Assembly: GCF_009914755.1 (NCBI RefSeq)
Contig: NC_060928.1
Source of the DNA: the human T2T-CHM13v2.0 reference genome, Homo sapiens
Strand: one strand, 5' to 3'
Length of the DNA: 64,000 nt
In this document: positions 1 to 14,619 of the stretch, one piece after another
Layout: every line of letters begins with the position of its first letter
How positions within the stretch are numbered: position 1 is the stretch's first letter
The notes under the pieces: generated by a model
Database searches by the model: none
Told to the model about the DNA's origin: nothing
The model's input: the letters and a program-made list of their open reading frames with translations, nothing else
Program-made: the position numbers and the translations under genes

Positions 1-427
1 CCCAAATGCCCATCAATGATAGACTGGATAAAGAAAATGTGGCACATATACACAAAATGGAATACTATGCAGCCATACAAAAGAATGAATTCATGTCCTT
101 TGCAGGGAAATGAATGAAGCTGGAAACCATCATCCTTAGCAAACTAACATGGGAACAGAAAACCAAACACCAAATGTTCTCATTCGTAAGTGGTAGTTGA
201 ACAATGAGAACACGTGGACACAGGTAGGGGAACATCACACACTGGGGCCTGTGGGGGGTTGGGGGCAAGGGGAGGGAGAGCATTAGGACAAATAGGTAAT
301 GCCTGTGGGGCTTAAAACCTAGATGACAGGTTGATTGGTGCAGCAAAGCACCATGGGACATGTATACCTAAGTAACAAGCCTACACATTCCGCACATGTA
401 TCCCAGAACTTAAAGTAAAATAAAAAA
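1..427 (+). mobile_element. L1PA-type LINE-1 3' end (ORF2 tail, 3'UTR, A-tail), cut by window start
   Basis: Typical L1PA text 'gatagactggataaagaaaatgtggcacatatacac', G-rich 3'UTR tract at ~255-278, ends 'cccagaacttaaagtaaaataaaaaaa'. Confidence 0.93.
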
Positions 428-1539
428 ATGGAAAAATCTTAAGATTGTTTATCTTCTATTTTTTATCATTTTGTCCTTTCTATTTTACCATGCAGCAGAT
501 GTTCTTAACATCAAAGAGCTTGGAAGTCATAGTACAATGTTTTGGGAAATATCTCTGTGACCTATTCGTTATATTTATACGCAGATCTTTAATTCTCTAT
601 GTCTATTTCATTGCCTACTTCTTAAGTTTTAATCTGCTTAAGTTCTTTGAGTCAATGCATTGCATGAATTCCTCAGTCTTCTAGTACATGATCTCTGGTT
701 TCATGTAATGCATCCCTTCCAAATTTCTCTATATTCACTTTCATCCTAGACTTCTAGATCTGCAATGAGAATATTAAGTCTTTTTATTTAGAACCAGGAT
801 TAAGATCATGCCTTCTCCAAGATTTTTATCCTAATTTTACGCTTAGAGTTGTGGCATTACCCTTAGGAAAGAAAAACAAAAGCTTAAATATATATCCTAT
901 TTGACCTATCAGTTTTAATCTTTGCATATGCCAATAGAAGAAGAGATATATTAATAGATACTGGTGAACTTAAAAAAAATACTATGGACAAGCCTTTGTA
1001 TTCACAAGCTTAGAAAACGCAGACCAGTCATATACATTAATCCTATCCTGTGGTTCCACTAAATGAAGGTATGGTATACTCAGGAATTCAAAAGTATCTC
1101 AACTCATTTATGAGTTGTATTCTCAACAGAATTATGAAGAGTTTATGAATAAATTTGTTGGATTCTCAACAGAATCCAACTCATAAATCTCCCATGAGTG
1201 ATTTAGTTCAGAACAATGACACAAAGGTGTCTTTATGAAGATTTCTTGCATACTTCTTTTTATTGCTCTAATCTCTTTCTTTAATTCAACAGATGCATAT
1301 TTGCAATACAGATGGCAATGCAAATACATCTAAAAGAGTACTACTTTATTCAGCTAAAGTCTTTATCTTTAGTGTTGATTCAGCAAAAAATACCCCCATT
1401 TCCCCAAATGTTTCATCCAAAAGTCTAGGGTTGATTTTCTCTATTTTTCCTACCAAACTCTAATTCCTCAAAAAGTAGTGGGCTACTTTTTATTTCAAAA
1501 ATCGATCTGAAGTTTATTTACTCTTTCTCCGGGAAATCT

Positions 1540-2690
1540 ACTCCATTATAATTTTATTATCTTACATCTGGTCTAGTGCAGTAGCCTCCTAATTATTCTT
1601 TCTACTTTTGTATTCTTATAATTTATTCTTCAAGGACAAACCAGAATATATTAACATTTAAGTAAAATTAAGCTACTCCTTGGCTTACAACATTCCACTA
1701 GATTTGTATTAGATTCTTATTGCTACTATAATGAGGTACCACAAAATCATTGAGTTAAAACAAAACAAATTCATTATCTAACAGTTCTGGAGATCTGAAT
1801 TCCAAAATAAATCTCACTGGGCTAGAATTTAGGTGTCAGCTAAGCTGCATTGCTTCTGGAGACTCTAGGGAGAATATGTTCTTGACTTTTGCAGCTTTTA
1901 GAGGCTGCTTGAACCCTTTCCATCTTCAAAGTCAACAGTGGAAGAACAAGTCTTTCACCATCTACATCATCTGACACTCACTCTTCTGCCTTCTGCTTCC
2001 ATTATTGAGGAACCCTGTGATTATGCTGAGCTTATTCCTATTTTAAGCTTAGCTGGTTGGCAACCTTAATTCCACTTGATCATGTAAAATAACACATTCA
2101 CAGGTTGTAGATTAGGACGTAAACATTTTTGGGCTGTTATACTGCTTACTACAGGCTTTCAAAAAATAAAAAATGCAAAAGACTTTTCAAGTTCCAAATT
2201 TCCCTACTGCTTGGCCCCTGCCCAACTCTCAATCTCCATCGCAGACAGCCCTCTCCCTTTGCTCACTGGGCTCTGGTCACACTAACCTTTAGTGACATTC
2301 TGATCCAAACAAGTGTCATCTGGCAGAGGACCTTTGCCCTTGCTGTTCTTTTGTGTGAAAAGTTCTGTCACCAGACACTCACATGCCTGGCTTATTCTTG
2401 TCATTTAGTCCATTTCCCCAAGTGAGGCTTGGGAGACTTTTCTGCCCACCCCAGATAAAACAGTTCCAACTACTACACTCTTATAAATTATTATGGTTTA
2501 TTCCCTTCATAGAACTTATCACCAGCTGAATTGCCTTATTTGTTTTCTTGTCTAATGTCTTTTTAACCCACTAGAAAGACACATGTGAATATGCATCTCG
2601 TCTGCTGTTTTAACAAGTTTTACCTCCAGAGTTTACAACAGTGCCTTGCTTGTAAATTTTCAAGGCATGTTTGATGAATGCATGATTGAA
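1540..2690 (+). mobile_element. Degraded L2 LINE 3' region, split by the MLT1 LTR
   Basis: L2-like motifs 'aggacctttgcccttgctgttc' and terminal 'acagtgccttgc...tgatgaatgcatgattgaat'. Boundaries approximate. Confidence 0.6.
1705..2153 (-). mobile_element. MaLR solo LTR, MLT1 family (MLT1C/D-like)
   Basis: TG...CA ends. Contains 'attatctaacagttctggag', 'ttctggagactctagggagaat', 'gattaggacgtaaacatttttggg', typical of reverse-oriented MLT1. Confidence 0.8.
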
Positions 2691-4489
2691 TAATTTTATG
2701 AATAAATTTTAAATGAATCTCCAAAATAATCATGCACTATTTTTTTTTCTATCAGGAAAAGGATTTGCCAGTCTATTTTCCTTCTCCACAGAGCTAGCCA
2801 TTATTTAAAAAGGAAGAAACCTTCAATTATTTGCTCCCTCTGGGGTACCGTGCATCATCCCTCTGAGGGTATTTTTAGCCCACAACAAAGTTGTCTTTAT
2901 TCTGCAGTTCCTTAATCCCTTTTTCTTCTGATACTCTGGGAAACAAAACAGTAGCTGTTCTCAGAGGAATGGCTAGAGAATTACATTAATTCAGAAAACA
3001 AGAGATTTACCATGTAGTTCTGTGATCTAATTGGAATGAGAAGGTCACACTGTACCTATTCTTAAATTGCATCGTTTGCTTCTCCCATTGTTACTTGCAT
3101 TTTATGCAGACTCTTACTTGTGCCAGTTAGCTACAAATTTGGGATTATAGTCAGTCCACTGCTCCTCCAGATAAATCTGAGGCAAAATCTACTGCATTAG
3201 CTCTAATAGAGTCCTTTGCAAGCTTGACCTAACCTGGTCAGGATCTGTTCTGATTGAATTGTAAAGCCTGTTATGTCTCTTGCTGTACATTTCTCTTGCT
3301 GCTAAAGTCTTCATGTTTAGTCGGATATACTAATTCTTCCAAGATCCTGGCCATCTCAGCCCTACCATCGGTCTACCCTTTGAGGTGTTTGGGATTTAAC
3401 AAAAATGAACTACTTCTCTTGCCCATGTGAGTAAATGTTTTATGTAGTTGAAGAATTCGATGTGGGCAAAGGCCATCTATTTTGTTGTTGTTGTTCAGCA
3501 GTATATATTTTGTACATAGCAGGTACTTGTGCTCAATTAATGTTAGCTTAATTAATTTATTTATGTCTTTAACACTTAGGGTCTTGCCAGACTTTAGAAG
3601 GGATAAAAATAATTCATGTTTATATGTTTAAAAGGAGAAAACCCACTTGAATTGGTTACTAACCAGATATTTTACTCCAAACTGTACACAAGGTATCGAC
3701 TTTTAATTTTGTTCATATTGTTAAAAATAAGAATCCTACTTGCTGCCATGTTTGTCATAAGGCAAACATCCTACAGGAATTTCCATTTACTTCTTTACTT
3801 GTAAGAAGCGTAGGAATATGAAAGCTATATTTTATTATTTCAGGTAGAACCCTGGCAAGACATTCTACAAGCTTTCCTACAGTACTCATTTTTCCATTAA
3901 TCTCAATTTTACTGAGACAGATTCCATTGTATTGGAAACTCTCTAAGGAATTTGAAGTCTGGGTCAATTCTCTGTTATATACTTGAGTGCAGTATATGAC
4001 ATTATATAGTCCTACTGTCCAAGGAGCTCAAAGCATTTGATAAATATCATCCTGTTGATCGTATTCACTTTCCTGAACAGTACCTGGCAAGCATTGGTAT
4101 CACCATTTAGCAGTGAGATGAAGCTATGAGAACTAAAATGCAGAGGGATTTGAAAGACCAGTAAGAAGGACAAAAATACCTCAGTCACACAGTTTAGGTA
4201 AAAGCTTTCCTGAGTCCCTGAAATATACCTTTTCTCTCAATTATATTATTTCTTTAGCTCTAATTCTTAAAGACTCAGTTCTTTTGAAACTTACTTATTT
4301 TGATTTTTTAAAAATATAAACCTTTAAGTAAAGTTTTTTATTACAAGTCTGGAAAATATATCATTATTCCTCTTGACATACAACTTCTCTGTGAAATTCA
4401 TCTAGTTTTGCCCTTTCTTCTTATGATTCATTAAGAATCATAGTAATGTCACTTAAAATAACTTGAGAAATCATTGCATCAACTCCTGA

Positions 4490-4600
4490 TGCTACTGAAA
4501 AGAAAGGCAAAGTCCAAGGTAAGTATAAGATTTGCCCACAGTCACATTGTTTGATAAAAGCAGGGAAAATGCTGGATTCAAGGCTTTCTGCCTCGAATGA
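4490..4600 (-). mobile_element. MIR fragment
   Basis: 'atttgcccacagtcaca...gctggattcaaggctttctgcctc' resembles the reverse MIR core. Confidence 0.5.
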
Positions 4601-5699
4601 CTGTATTACTATAAAATACTCCAGAAACAGGAGGAAGGAATTATATTTAAAGGCCATCATCAGCTATAGGGCAGGGGAAAGATATTTCTGACTACCTCTT
4701 TTTTTTTTCAGTGTGGGTTTTGTTGTTGCTATTATGTTCTTTTTCCACCTTTGTGTTCTTATTATCTAGCATAAGTCTTGAATGAATGAATGATACATTA
4801 TTCTTATGACAAAGGATGCTAATGTAGATATATTAACATCATTAATGGCTTCAGACATCTTAAAATAGACACTATATGACTGCAGTTTAGGTTATTCAAA
4901 ACTACTTTAATTATTGCAAAATGTTTCATTGAAATATGCTATCTCTTAACTTATTGGTATTATCTCAATCAATCATGGGTCATTCCATGGAATTAATAGG
5001 GGAATACTTAAGACTTTAGCAGAGCAAATAATGCTTTAACTACCTTATCCAAATGTCTTAATACAGATAAAAGCAGATTATGAAATGCATCTGTAGCATC
5101 TTTGAAGATTTTTAAATAATAATAGGCATAGAATAATGAGTGGTTTTTTTTGTTTTCACCAATATTATGTTTAATCAATTCCTTACTACCCAAGGGACAG
5201 ATGATTCAAAGAACTTTTTCTGTATATTGCCATTGAAACTGAGAGTACAGATCATTGATATTCTTGTGAATGACACAAACATTGCCAAATTCCTGACGGT
5301 AGATAGAACCTAATGTTAAAACAATGACATGAACATGCCTATTTCAATAATTCTTACAGCACCATTCACAATTTCCTTATCTCTTTTTATTTTTAAAAAT
5401 ATTTAATTACTTGAAGGATAAGGGAGGGTCTCTTCCAAAAATGTCAATACCTGTGAGCTTAACATGATAGAAAATAGTCATGTGAGTATATGTATTGATG
5501 GTACTAAATCTAGTTAGGTAACAAATATTTTTGAGGTAGTAGATCCAGTGAGTTAATAAGTCTAATACATTTCACCTTTACCTTCATTTGTATTGTGCCA
5601 CTTTAAGCTGTTACATCTAGGCTCAACTTTTGGAACAGGCTTGTTTATATTTCTGCTTATGTTCTCTCACTTTATCACACAATTCTCTATATAGTGGTT

Positions 5700-6350
5700 A
5701 AATAATTTTTCTCCAATACAAATAAAAACATGTCATTTTCATGCTTAACATTTTTAGTAGCATTCCTGTTGTTAAATGATTTTTAACATGGATATGGGAT
5801 AAAATGACTGCCCATCACCACATATGGTTAAAATTAATACCAAATATTTTATCATGGTATGAAATTACACTTTCATCTGTCCTCTGCCTCACACTCAGCC
5901 TCTACTCTCACCACTCTACTTCATATGTTTTTCTCCAGAATTAAAAACATCTTTACAGTTCTCTAAAAACAAAAATCACATTGTCTATGGCTCCCTACTA
6001 GAAAATTCTCTCTGCTTGGAATGTTCTTTCCAGTAATGTCTAGTGGGATGAATTATCCATTTTCCCCTCAAGCACTGTGACTCAGTGAAGGCTTTATCTA
6101 CCTCTGAGGCTTCAATACTTTCATCAGATATGCACTTTAAAAATTTTTTCCTGTTTATTTAGTAAGAATTCAGAAAAGGCTGATTATGTACTTTAATTGC
6201 TGTGCTTGCACACCATGCTGAAGTTGTTTGTATACATAACATTCTCCTTCATTAGCATATGAGATTCTGGAAGAGAATCTGTCTCATATCAACTTCTGAC
6301 ATTCTGGGACATAGCTCAGTGCTTGGCAACTAAAAGGATCCTCAGATATA
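5700..6350 (+). mobile_element. Degraded L2 fragment
   Basis: 'ctctgcttggaatgttcttt' and 'catagctcagtgcttggca' are L2 3'-region motifs. Confidence 0.5.
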
Positions 6351-6461
6351 GATACTAAGTAAACCAAATTAATACATGTCGAATATGTGAAATTAGTACG
6401 TATGACAAGAATTTCATGGACATGGTAATTTCAATTTAAAGACATTTCTAGATGTGGTGAT

Positions 6462-6943
6462 TGTTAGGTTTTGAAGGGAAGGCAAGGGTTAAAGAAAGAT
6501 ACAAAGAAAAGGAGAGAGAGAGAGAGAGAGTTGCTCAACAGCAATTGCAGGCGTTTATGTCCAGCATACACCTACAGAGGTGGGGGCCAGCTTAAAGCCA
6601 ATGCCTACCGCTGCTTACAGGCTGGTGTGCTTAATGGGTATGAGCAAGAGGGGTCTGGGCAGTATGTCTTGCTGCACGGCAGGATATTGATAAGATGTCC
6701 CTATGATCAGGCAGTTTGGCCCTTTTTTTGATGGGATGTGATAGGATGTTCTTTGAATCTTTGCCCAACAGGATATGATAGGGACATTCCTTTGGTTGGA
6801 CCATTGCCCAGCAGAGTAAGATGAGAAAGTCAGCTGGTTGGGCAGGATATTTCTGATGGCCCAAAAACCCATGGAATGTTTCACTTTGACCAAGGTCTGC
6901 GAAATGGTGGGGGGCTTACAAAATGGTAAAGTTCGGACTAACA
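6462..6943 (-). mobile_element. Solo ERV LTR (~480 bp; ERVL class, tentatively LTR32-like)
   Basis: Terminal inverted ends TGTTAG...CTAACA. 5-bp flanks gtgat (6457-6461) and gtaat (6944-6948) form a TSD with one mismatch. GC-richer than its surroundings. Subfamily name from memory. Confidence 0.75.
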
Positions 6944-7768
6944 GTAATAAGGGTTTACTGTCATTTTATTATTAAATCAAAATAAATGCAAAGTTCACAA
7001 TTCACTAGGAAATGCCTTCATAGTGGATTGTTGCTGCTGAGTGATCCCTAACCAGTGATGGATTATGCAAATCTCAAATGAGGCTTTGCCCTGGGTCTTA
7101 GAGGAATTAGATACTTTTTACACTATGCTATAAATGCCTACCTTCATTTTATGTTTCCAGAGGGCATTTGTGTAAAACCTGCTGGTTAGTTGCCCTTACC
7201 AAAAGATGAATATGTATGTATGTGTGTGTGTATATATATATTGGAGCCTGGATTGTATTCAAACATGATAAATGAAAAAAGCAACTTTCTTTTATTACTA
7301 TTTTTGTCAGTATCAATAAATTTTCTAACTACTGTCATACATTCTAATTTAAAAGCACGTGTTCCTCCCGAAGAGCAGAACTGAAAACAAAAGGCAAGCT
7401 TTAAATGTAGACAGGTTTACTCTTAGAATTACTGCTGAGTATATAGAAAAATGAAATGCCTTTAAAAAGTTCAGCAAATGTCTGATAAGAAATAAAGAGG
7501 TCAGAAAATAGTTTCTCCTGATAAGCTTACATTTTCTACATATTTCATAGGGAAATAAATTCCCTGGATATTTTTAAAAAATAACCAACATGCATTACTC
7601 AAAATTAGTTTCCCATAATTGGTGACTCTTCAAAATGTAACTGATGGGCTTCCCTATTACTGAATAAAATTAGCAAAATCCCTAAAATAAAAACTGCAAA
7701 AAGAAAAATGATGATCTCTTCCTATCCCCATCTCTGTCTCTCTCTCTTCATATATACAGATGGGTGTC

Positions 7769-7769
7769 A

Positions 7770-7823
<54 letters not shown>

Positions 7824-7828
7824 AGAGA
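7769..7828. repeat. Compound microsatellite (TG)n(AG)n
   Basis: Directly visible. Confidence 0.95.
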
Positions 7829-8129
7829 TAATATTTTTGAAGATGGGCTTGCGTGGAAGCTAGCTTGCAAAATTCAGATTCTTCTAATATTGTCTTTGCT
7901 GTGAAAGAAGATGGAAAACACATGAGTATCTTACATTCTTGCAAGGAAGATATAAATTTGGCACTTCATGTCTCTTTCTGTTTTCAGAGACTTATCTGGA
8001 AAGGAATGGAAGATGTGTGCATAAGAGATGATGGATTGAGTTATTGTATGTAAAATGTCACATTTAGGTTCCTCTAGGCTCAAGTACAGGTTTCTGTTAC
8101 ACATGTATGTTCTGTTTTCCTATATCTTC

Positions 8130-9050
8130 GAAACACACTTATTGAGTCATTTCTATGGACCAGACACTGTTGAAACAAATATGAGTAAAAATCAGCTTCA
8201 TCGAAAACAACCTCTTAGTTTATTGGAGGAGAGAATGAGTACCTTATACACTTGAAGTGTTATAGTGAAAATTTGAACAAGTTCACATTGGAACACAGAA
8301 AAAAGGTACCTAATGATGCTCAAATGCTGTAATCAAGAGAAGAGGATCAAAAAACTGATGTTGGGTGCTTGATTTAGGCTACTGAAGCAATGGAACACCA
8401 TTGTAGAAAGAGTCAATGTAGTATGCAAAGAGATGGAATAGAGTAAGAGTTGCATATTCAGAAAAATACTCTTTTATTTGAAGTGACAGAAGACTCTGAT
8501 ATCTTTAGGATGATGGTAGAAGGCAGAACTAGAATTAAAGACAATTAGGTAAAGATAGTTACTTGGATAGACAGCATGGGAGGAACTGTGAAGAATAATG
8601 ACTGAAACAGTCATGAGACAGGGGCCTGGACATGGAAGACTGTGTGTGCCATGATAAATTACTTCAGATTATCCTGTAGGTGCACACAACCATGAACAAA
8701 TAATTAGCAAAGGAATAACATAATCAGGTTAATATTTTGGCTGTATTATTCAAATAACCATACTGAGATTGGACTAACAGAGAATATCAGAATTATGAAA
8801 CCAATTTGGAAGCTACTGCACTGGTTGCAGCAGGAGAATATGAGGATTTGGATTAAAGAAGTGAGAGTGACAATAAATAAAAAAAGGTTAATTTGACATG
8901 CATGTAGAAATTCATTGTACATAGAACTCAATGCATGTATGCAGGGAGTAGGTGAAGAGAAAGGAGTTGTATCTACTTTTTTTTGTTTTTATTTTAGTAA
9001 CTGGGTAGAAGATGTGGTAGAAAGTGTAGTAGAGATAGTAAGTTTAAGAT
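8130..9050 (-). mobile_element. Degraded L2 fragments
   Basis: 'cacttattgagtcatttctatggaccagacactgt' (reverse L2 3' end) followed by purine-rich L2-like body. Confidence 0.55.
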
Positions 9051-11344
9051 AATTATCAATGCTCTCAGTGCCGCCATTTCTGAGTCTATAGAACTGTTAT
9101 TTAGGTTAGAGTGTTGTCCATTAGTACATATTTGTAAGTATTAAGCATATTTATTAACACTAAAGAGGTACTTACATTGATCCAGAAGAGGGTTTAGAAC
9201 AGTTAATTAATTTTTTATTATTGTTGCAAATAACAGCTTTGAGAATCAAATAAATCTATGACTCTTACATCCAAAATTTTGCATTCAATATCAGGAGAGT
9301 CACATACTTCTGAGAATATTTGTTGGCCCTAGGTTAAGAATCTCTTGAGTTTCACGAAGAAAGAGGAGAAACATTAATGAAGCTCTTAGGGTACTACTCA
9401 GTAAGCCATTAAAAACATTGATTTTAGTGTTGGCTGTAAATGTTTTCTGTGATAAGTTCATCTCTGTTGGATATTTCTTTTAAGGAATAAATCAATCATT
9501 AACGTCATGAATTAATGAATTAGTCTATATATCCTAATCTCTCAATGTATAAAATATAACTTTTTAAAGAGAAAACCATGAAAAATTATTCTCTAAGTCA
9601 GGAGATTGTTTTTATTTTGTCACAAATTATAAGATCTTCAAGAAAATTTAGAGTGTTACTTGCCTGAAGCCTAAACTACATTTTTAAAAAGTTCATATAA
9701 ATAATACTACTATTTGATGCTTAATTAAGCCTTTTGGCATGACCACTGCCAAGCTCCATGCCAATATAAAACAATTTATTCCCAAGCTAAAAATAGCTCT
9801 GACTAAATTGAAATTGACAGACAATGAACCAGTGGTTAGGCAAGTTTATTGAATACCATGCCCCAATTTTGTTAATGAAGGTATACATCATGCACCAGTT
9901 GGTACATTATTTGTTAAGCCAGGAATGATGCCAATTTATATAGCCTGTGCCAAGATCTATAATTTAGTCACTAAAGAGCCGACACATGCTGGAGACATCA
10001 TAATGTGGGGAATCCTGAGCCTTGGAATAGAACTGGTCCAAGAAGAATGCCCACCAGTTTCTGAGTTTTCTCATCCCCTTCACCCCCTTTAATTAGACCA
10101 TCGAAGTCTAATTATCTTAATTAAAATAACATTTCCAAAATACCACATATTGAACACACACTAGGCAAGGGACAAGATAGGAACTGGGAGTAGAAATCAC
10201 TAGGTTAAATTCTTCCTACTATTTGGTTTATTTAAAACTGAGAGTTGTCTCTTTCCATAGTTACATTTTTCTTTTTTTTGATAAAATATCTCTGCCAATT
10301 AAAATGCAAAGATCAATAAGTAAGAGAAGACATGATTAACAGTAAAAAAAAAAAAAAAAAGCACTTTTAATTTTACATAGTAAAAGTCCAGAGGAAGGTA
10401 GTTTCAAAGATAGTTCAAGAGCTCAAAGACATCATCAAGCTGGGGGTTCTCACATTACTGCTGTACCATATTCATTATGTTGATTTCCCTTTCTTAGATT
10501 ACTTGTCCCCCGATCAAAGGATGGCTATACCAGATCCAGGAGTGGTCATGAGTTTCAAAAGTAGGAGGCACTAACACCTGTTTCAAATCAAATATTCTTG
10601 ACATGAATAAAATATAACATTTTAAACTAATTTTAATTAAGCTTAAAAGTACATACTTTTCATAGCATTTATTGCTCTGTTATATTTTAATCCAATTCAT
10701 GCATTCAATTATATGATACAGTATGAGCTGAAGCAATAATTTATAGATCTACATCATTATTTTTAATTGGGGAGCATTCATCGAGCAGAAAGAGAATATT
10801 CACATGTACAGGCAAGCAACCCACAGCATATGCAAATTCAAGCTAAAAAACACTGGGACATGTAGCTGCTTAATACATACTTATTCTGAAAATAATGTAA
10901 TACGTACTTAAGCTTGATTTCTTTGCTTTTACTTCTAGGGACTTTAGTGGGGATATTTACACTTAACCTACCATTTGTGTTCAAGGACCCTTTGGGTATT
11001 TTGTGTTATTCTCAGACATAACATTATGCTACTTTATCATCACTACAAATGTTCATTTATTATTTGTGATAAAAATCAGTACAATTTGAATAAAAATTTC
11101 ACTCATACTACTTAATCATCCTATTCCTAGTAAGATTTAGTAAGTCCATCTAATGTTAGTTGCTGTAAACGTTAATCATAAATCTCATATCATATTATTA
11201 CACAAAGGAGAATAAAGCTTGCCAGTCACATTTACATAGACAAGAAGAACTGATACAAATTTTTTAATTACTGAGAAAAAAATGATTTGATATAGAAGCT
11301 TAATCCAGAAAGGGGGAGTGATCATTGTTTTAAGCTATATAATC

Positions 11345-11530
11345 AATAGCTTTGAACTGTTCTAGTTAGGTGAATTTGGGGAAGTTACTTAAGTTTTCTA
11401 TGCCCCAACTTTCCTGTCAGATAATGGGGAATATATCCTAATAATATTTTTGTAATTATTAGAGGAGTTAATAGTCATGAAATGCTGAGAACAGAAGCTG
11501 GAACTGGGCAGGCCTATGGCAACTCTTAGG
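11345..11530 (+). mobile_element. MIR
   Basis: 'gtgaatttggggaagttacttaagttttctatgccccaactttcct...aatgggga' matches the MIR core. Confidence 0.7.
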
Positions 11531-11779
11531 CATTACTCACTGGCTCTTTAGCCATATCATTTTGCTATTAGGGGTAAGAAGACCTTGGTCTTGCATACAT
11601 TTTTTTTCGATCCCAGGTCCAATATGTGTAAAATGTGAATAATAATTCCTGCGCTTTCCACTCCAGTGAGTTGTGTTGAAAAGCAAATACAATAATGGAT
11701 CCTGGAGTCAAGTGTCATCAAAAGAGTAGCTTTATAGCAAGACAGAGCTGGTGCCAAATCCTTGTTATGGGATTATTTC

Positions 11780-12360
11780 TTCACGGAGCATCTTGAACGA
11801 GATTGTTAACATACAAATCTAATCTTACCATTTTGCCTACAAAACCTTTTAATTTCCTTTACATTACCCTTGGAATGAAATCAATAATTCTCTAATTGAT
11901 AGGTAAAGCCCATATAATGTGACCCCTTTCAATATTTTATTACATGTCATGCCATTTCCTATCACCTGCTAGATTCCAGCCCCACCCACTGCCTTTCTTT
12001 GATTTCCTTCTCCTTGCCAGAAATGTCTCCACATTGAGGTTTTTACACTAGTTTCCTCACTTGAATTGTAATTTTTCTTCCATATAGTTCAGCTTTTTGA
12101 CTTTTATTTACATACAAGATCTCTTCTCAATTGTCACTTTCTCATTCGTTCTTTAATCTCCTAAATTGAATTACTGTTTTGATTTCTCATAATACAATTT
12201 ATTTTGCTTCATAATATATCACAGTATGTAATTCTGTATTGTTTGAATGAATATTTGCTTGTCACTCTCTTCTGCTCACTCACCATGCTCGTTTAGACAG
12301 CAGGTCTATCCCCAGGTTCCAACAAATAATAGACTCCTGATAAATAGTATAGTACTGAAA
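11780..12360 (+). mobile_element. Degraded L2 fragment
   Basis: Pyrimidine-rich L2-like body with 'ttccagccccacccactgccttt' and terminal-like 'aataatagactcctgataaata'. Confidence 0.45.
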
Positions 12361-12951
12361 GAATTTGCATTATCCCTTGAACCTTATTGTCCTCATTGGA
12401 AAAGATGAATATTAGTAATACTTACCTTGAAAACAATGTGTTTTTATATTGAGGATAATGTGTGTGCAATACATTTCCTTTAAGCTATCAAAAAATAAAT
12501 ATTATTAAGAAGCAATTGTATAAGATACAACGCATTTTAAAATAATGTGGTTCTTTGTTGTTGCTGCTGTTGTTCTTTTGAAATGAGTGAGATCAACAAA
12601 GGAAACAGAAACATGACTATTCCCCCATGGTACAAATTTAAAATAGATTTTATTGCGGTGGGGGTGAATTTACAAGCAGTGATGTCATAGCATGCATATG
12701 ATCCCGTAAGTTATTATTGACACAAAGAGGGGTGCTCAGGCCACACTGGATACAACATGGAGAGAGTTTTAGTTGTGAATAAAATTCTACATATTCATGG
12801 GAGGTCAGGGATAATCTAGGCAACCATGCATCACCAGGAGCTCTTTGGTGAAGGAAGTGGCCTTGTTAGAATGAGGAACCTTCAGAGCCCAGTGGCTGGT
12901 ATCAATCTCTTTTTCTTTTGAGTTAATTCAGTTGAGCTAGTTTTTGCAAAG

Positions 12952-13496
12952 TGTGATGGTTAATATTAGGTGTCAACTGGGTTGGATTGAAGGATGCCTA
13001 GATGGCTGGTAAAGTATTGTTTCTGAGAGTGTGAGGATGTTGCCAGAGGAGACTGATATTTGAGTCAGTGGACAAGCAGAGGAAGACCCACCCTCAATGT
13101 GTGTGGGCACTATCCAATCAGCATAAGAAGGTGGGATAACCTTGCTTGCTGAGTCTTCTGGCTGGCTCCTTCTTCCCATGCTGGATGCTTCCCTCCACTC
13201 CTCTTGCCCTTTTACATTAGACTCCAGGTTCTTAGGCTTTTGGACTCTGGGACTTGCACCAGTGGTTTCCTGGGAACTCTTGGGCCTTTGGCCACAGACT
13301 GATGGCTGGACTGTTGGCTTCCCTGGTTTGAGGCTATCAGACTCAAACTGAGCCCCTACCAGCTTCTCTCTTCCCCAGCTTGCAGTCGCCCTATTACAGG
13401 ACTTCACCTTGTGATCCTGTGAGTCAATTCTGCCTAATAAAGATATCTGCATCTAGCCTACCTGTTCTGTCCCTCTGGAAAACCCTGAAGAATGCA
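12952..13496 (+). mobile_element. MLT2A2-like solo LTR (HERV-L)
   Basis: Starts 'tgtgatggttaatattaggtgtcaact', carries 'cctagatggctggtaaagtattgtttctg', ends 'ctctggaaaaccctgaagaatgca'. Perfect 5-bp TSD caaag at 12947-12951 and 13497-13501. Confidence 0.9.
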
Positions 13497-14619
13497 CAAA
13501 GCTACCAAAGGTGAGGAGAAAATCAACTATCAGTGGCCTTCAGGTTTGACTCTCATCATTGAGAAAATAATTCCGAATTCTCTGTGGCTAAGATTCTGGA
13601 TTATTATTCGTGGTGTTGAACATATCTTCAGTGCTTCCCCTTTGTCTCTACTACCTGGTCATCCAGAGATCTTTCTGCAAATCACTTTGTTTTATTTTAT
13701 TTCTTTTTTCCATTTCTAATATCAAATGCCATATTTAGCCTGAGAAAGGTGATGCTCAATAAATGTTTACTCAATAAAACAATTACGACTCATTCAGGGA
13801 GGAAGTAAATTCTAATGATTGCATTCTGGAGTGAGTGGGACAGCTCGGAGTTCTGATGCCAGCCATGTGTTTTCTGGCTGTTTGGCCGTGGACAATTAAG
13901 TTTCATTTTCTTCACTGAAAAGCATCATAATGGTACCCAATTCTTAGAATGGAAGGGGAAATCAATAGAAAAATAGATTTTCTTAAATGCCTAATCATAT
14001 TCCTGGCATATAAGTAAAAATAAATTAAAGCCCTCACTGTTAGAATTTACTCTTCTATTAACAATTCTTAGTTATTAGTCTAGTTGAAAGATGTGTGTAT
14101 GGTTTGAGATATGAGAGAGATGGTGTGTGGCAAAGATAAAGGGGTTCTGGGAATGTTGACGAGGAAGGGGAGCACATTGGAAAGGAAAGAATAGAGAGAG
14201 CCCAGACACTGAGACTACAAGGACAGAATTTTTGGAATTGACTCAGTAATTAGTACTGTGGACTCTGAAAATATGTCACCAAACAGATGTGCTTTGTATT
14301 TAATAAGCCAGAAATATCTCTTCTCTGCTATTAACGCCAAGTTACTCTGGTGGAAAGATTGTGAAATTGGATGATTTTTATTAACTTTACACACAAATCC
14401 TGATTACGTTTCTCAGATCTTTTTACCAATTCCTTCCTCTCCTGGATGTGTGCTAAGAAAATGTTTATTGCTTATGTTAAACTTATAAAAAAAAGGAACA
14501 GCTACCCATTTTGTCCCCATAGCCCTAAGTGATAAGTAAAGCAGTTTAGTCACACAGGTCTATAGTTTTCCAGTCTCATAATTATTTTACCTGTGTCAGT
14601 ATTCCTTGTTTTTGTATTA

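Noticed and set aside
12973-13452. 159-aa minus-strand ORF
   Set aside because: Lies wholly within the MLT2A2 LTR and shows no protein-family motif.
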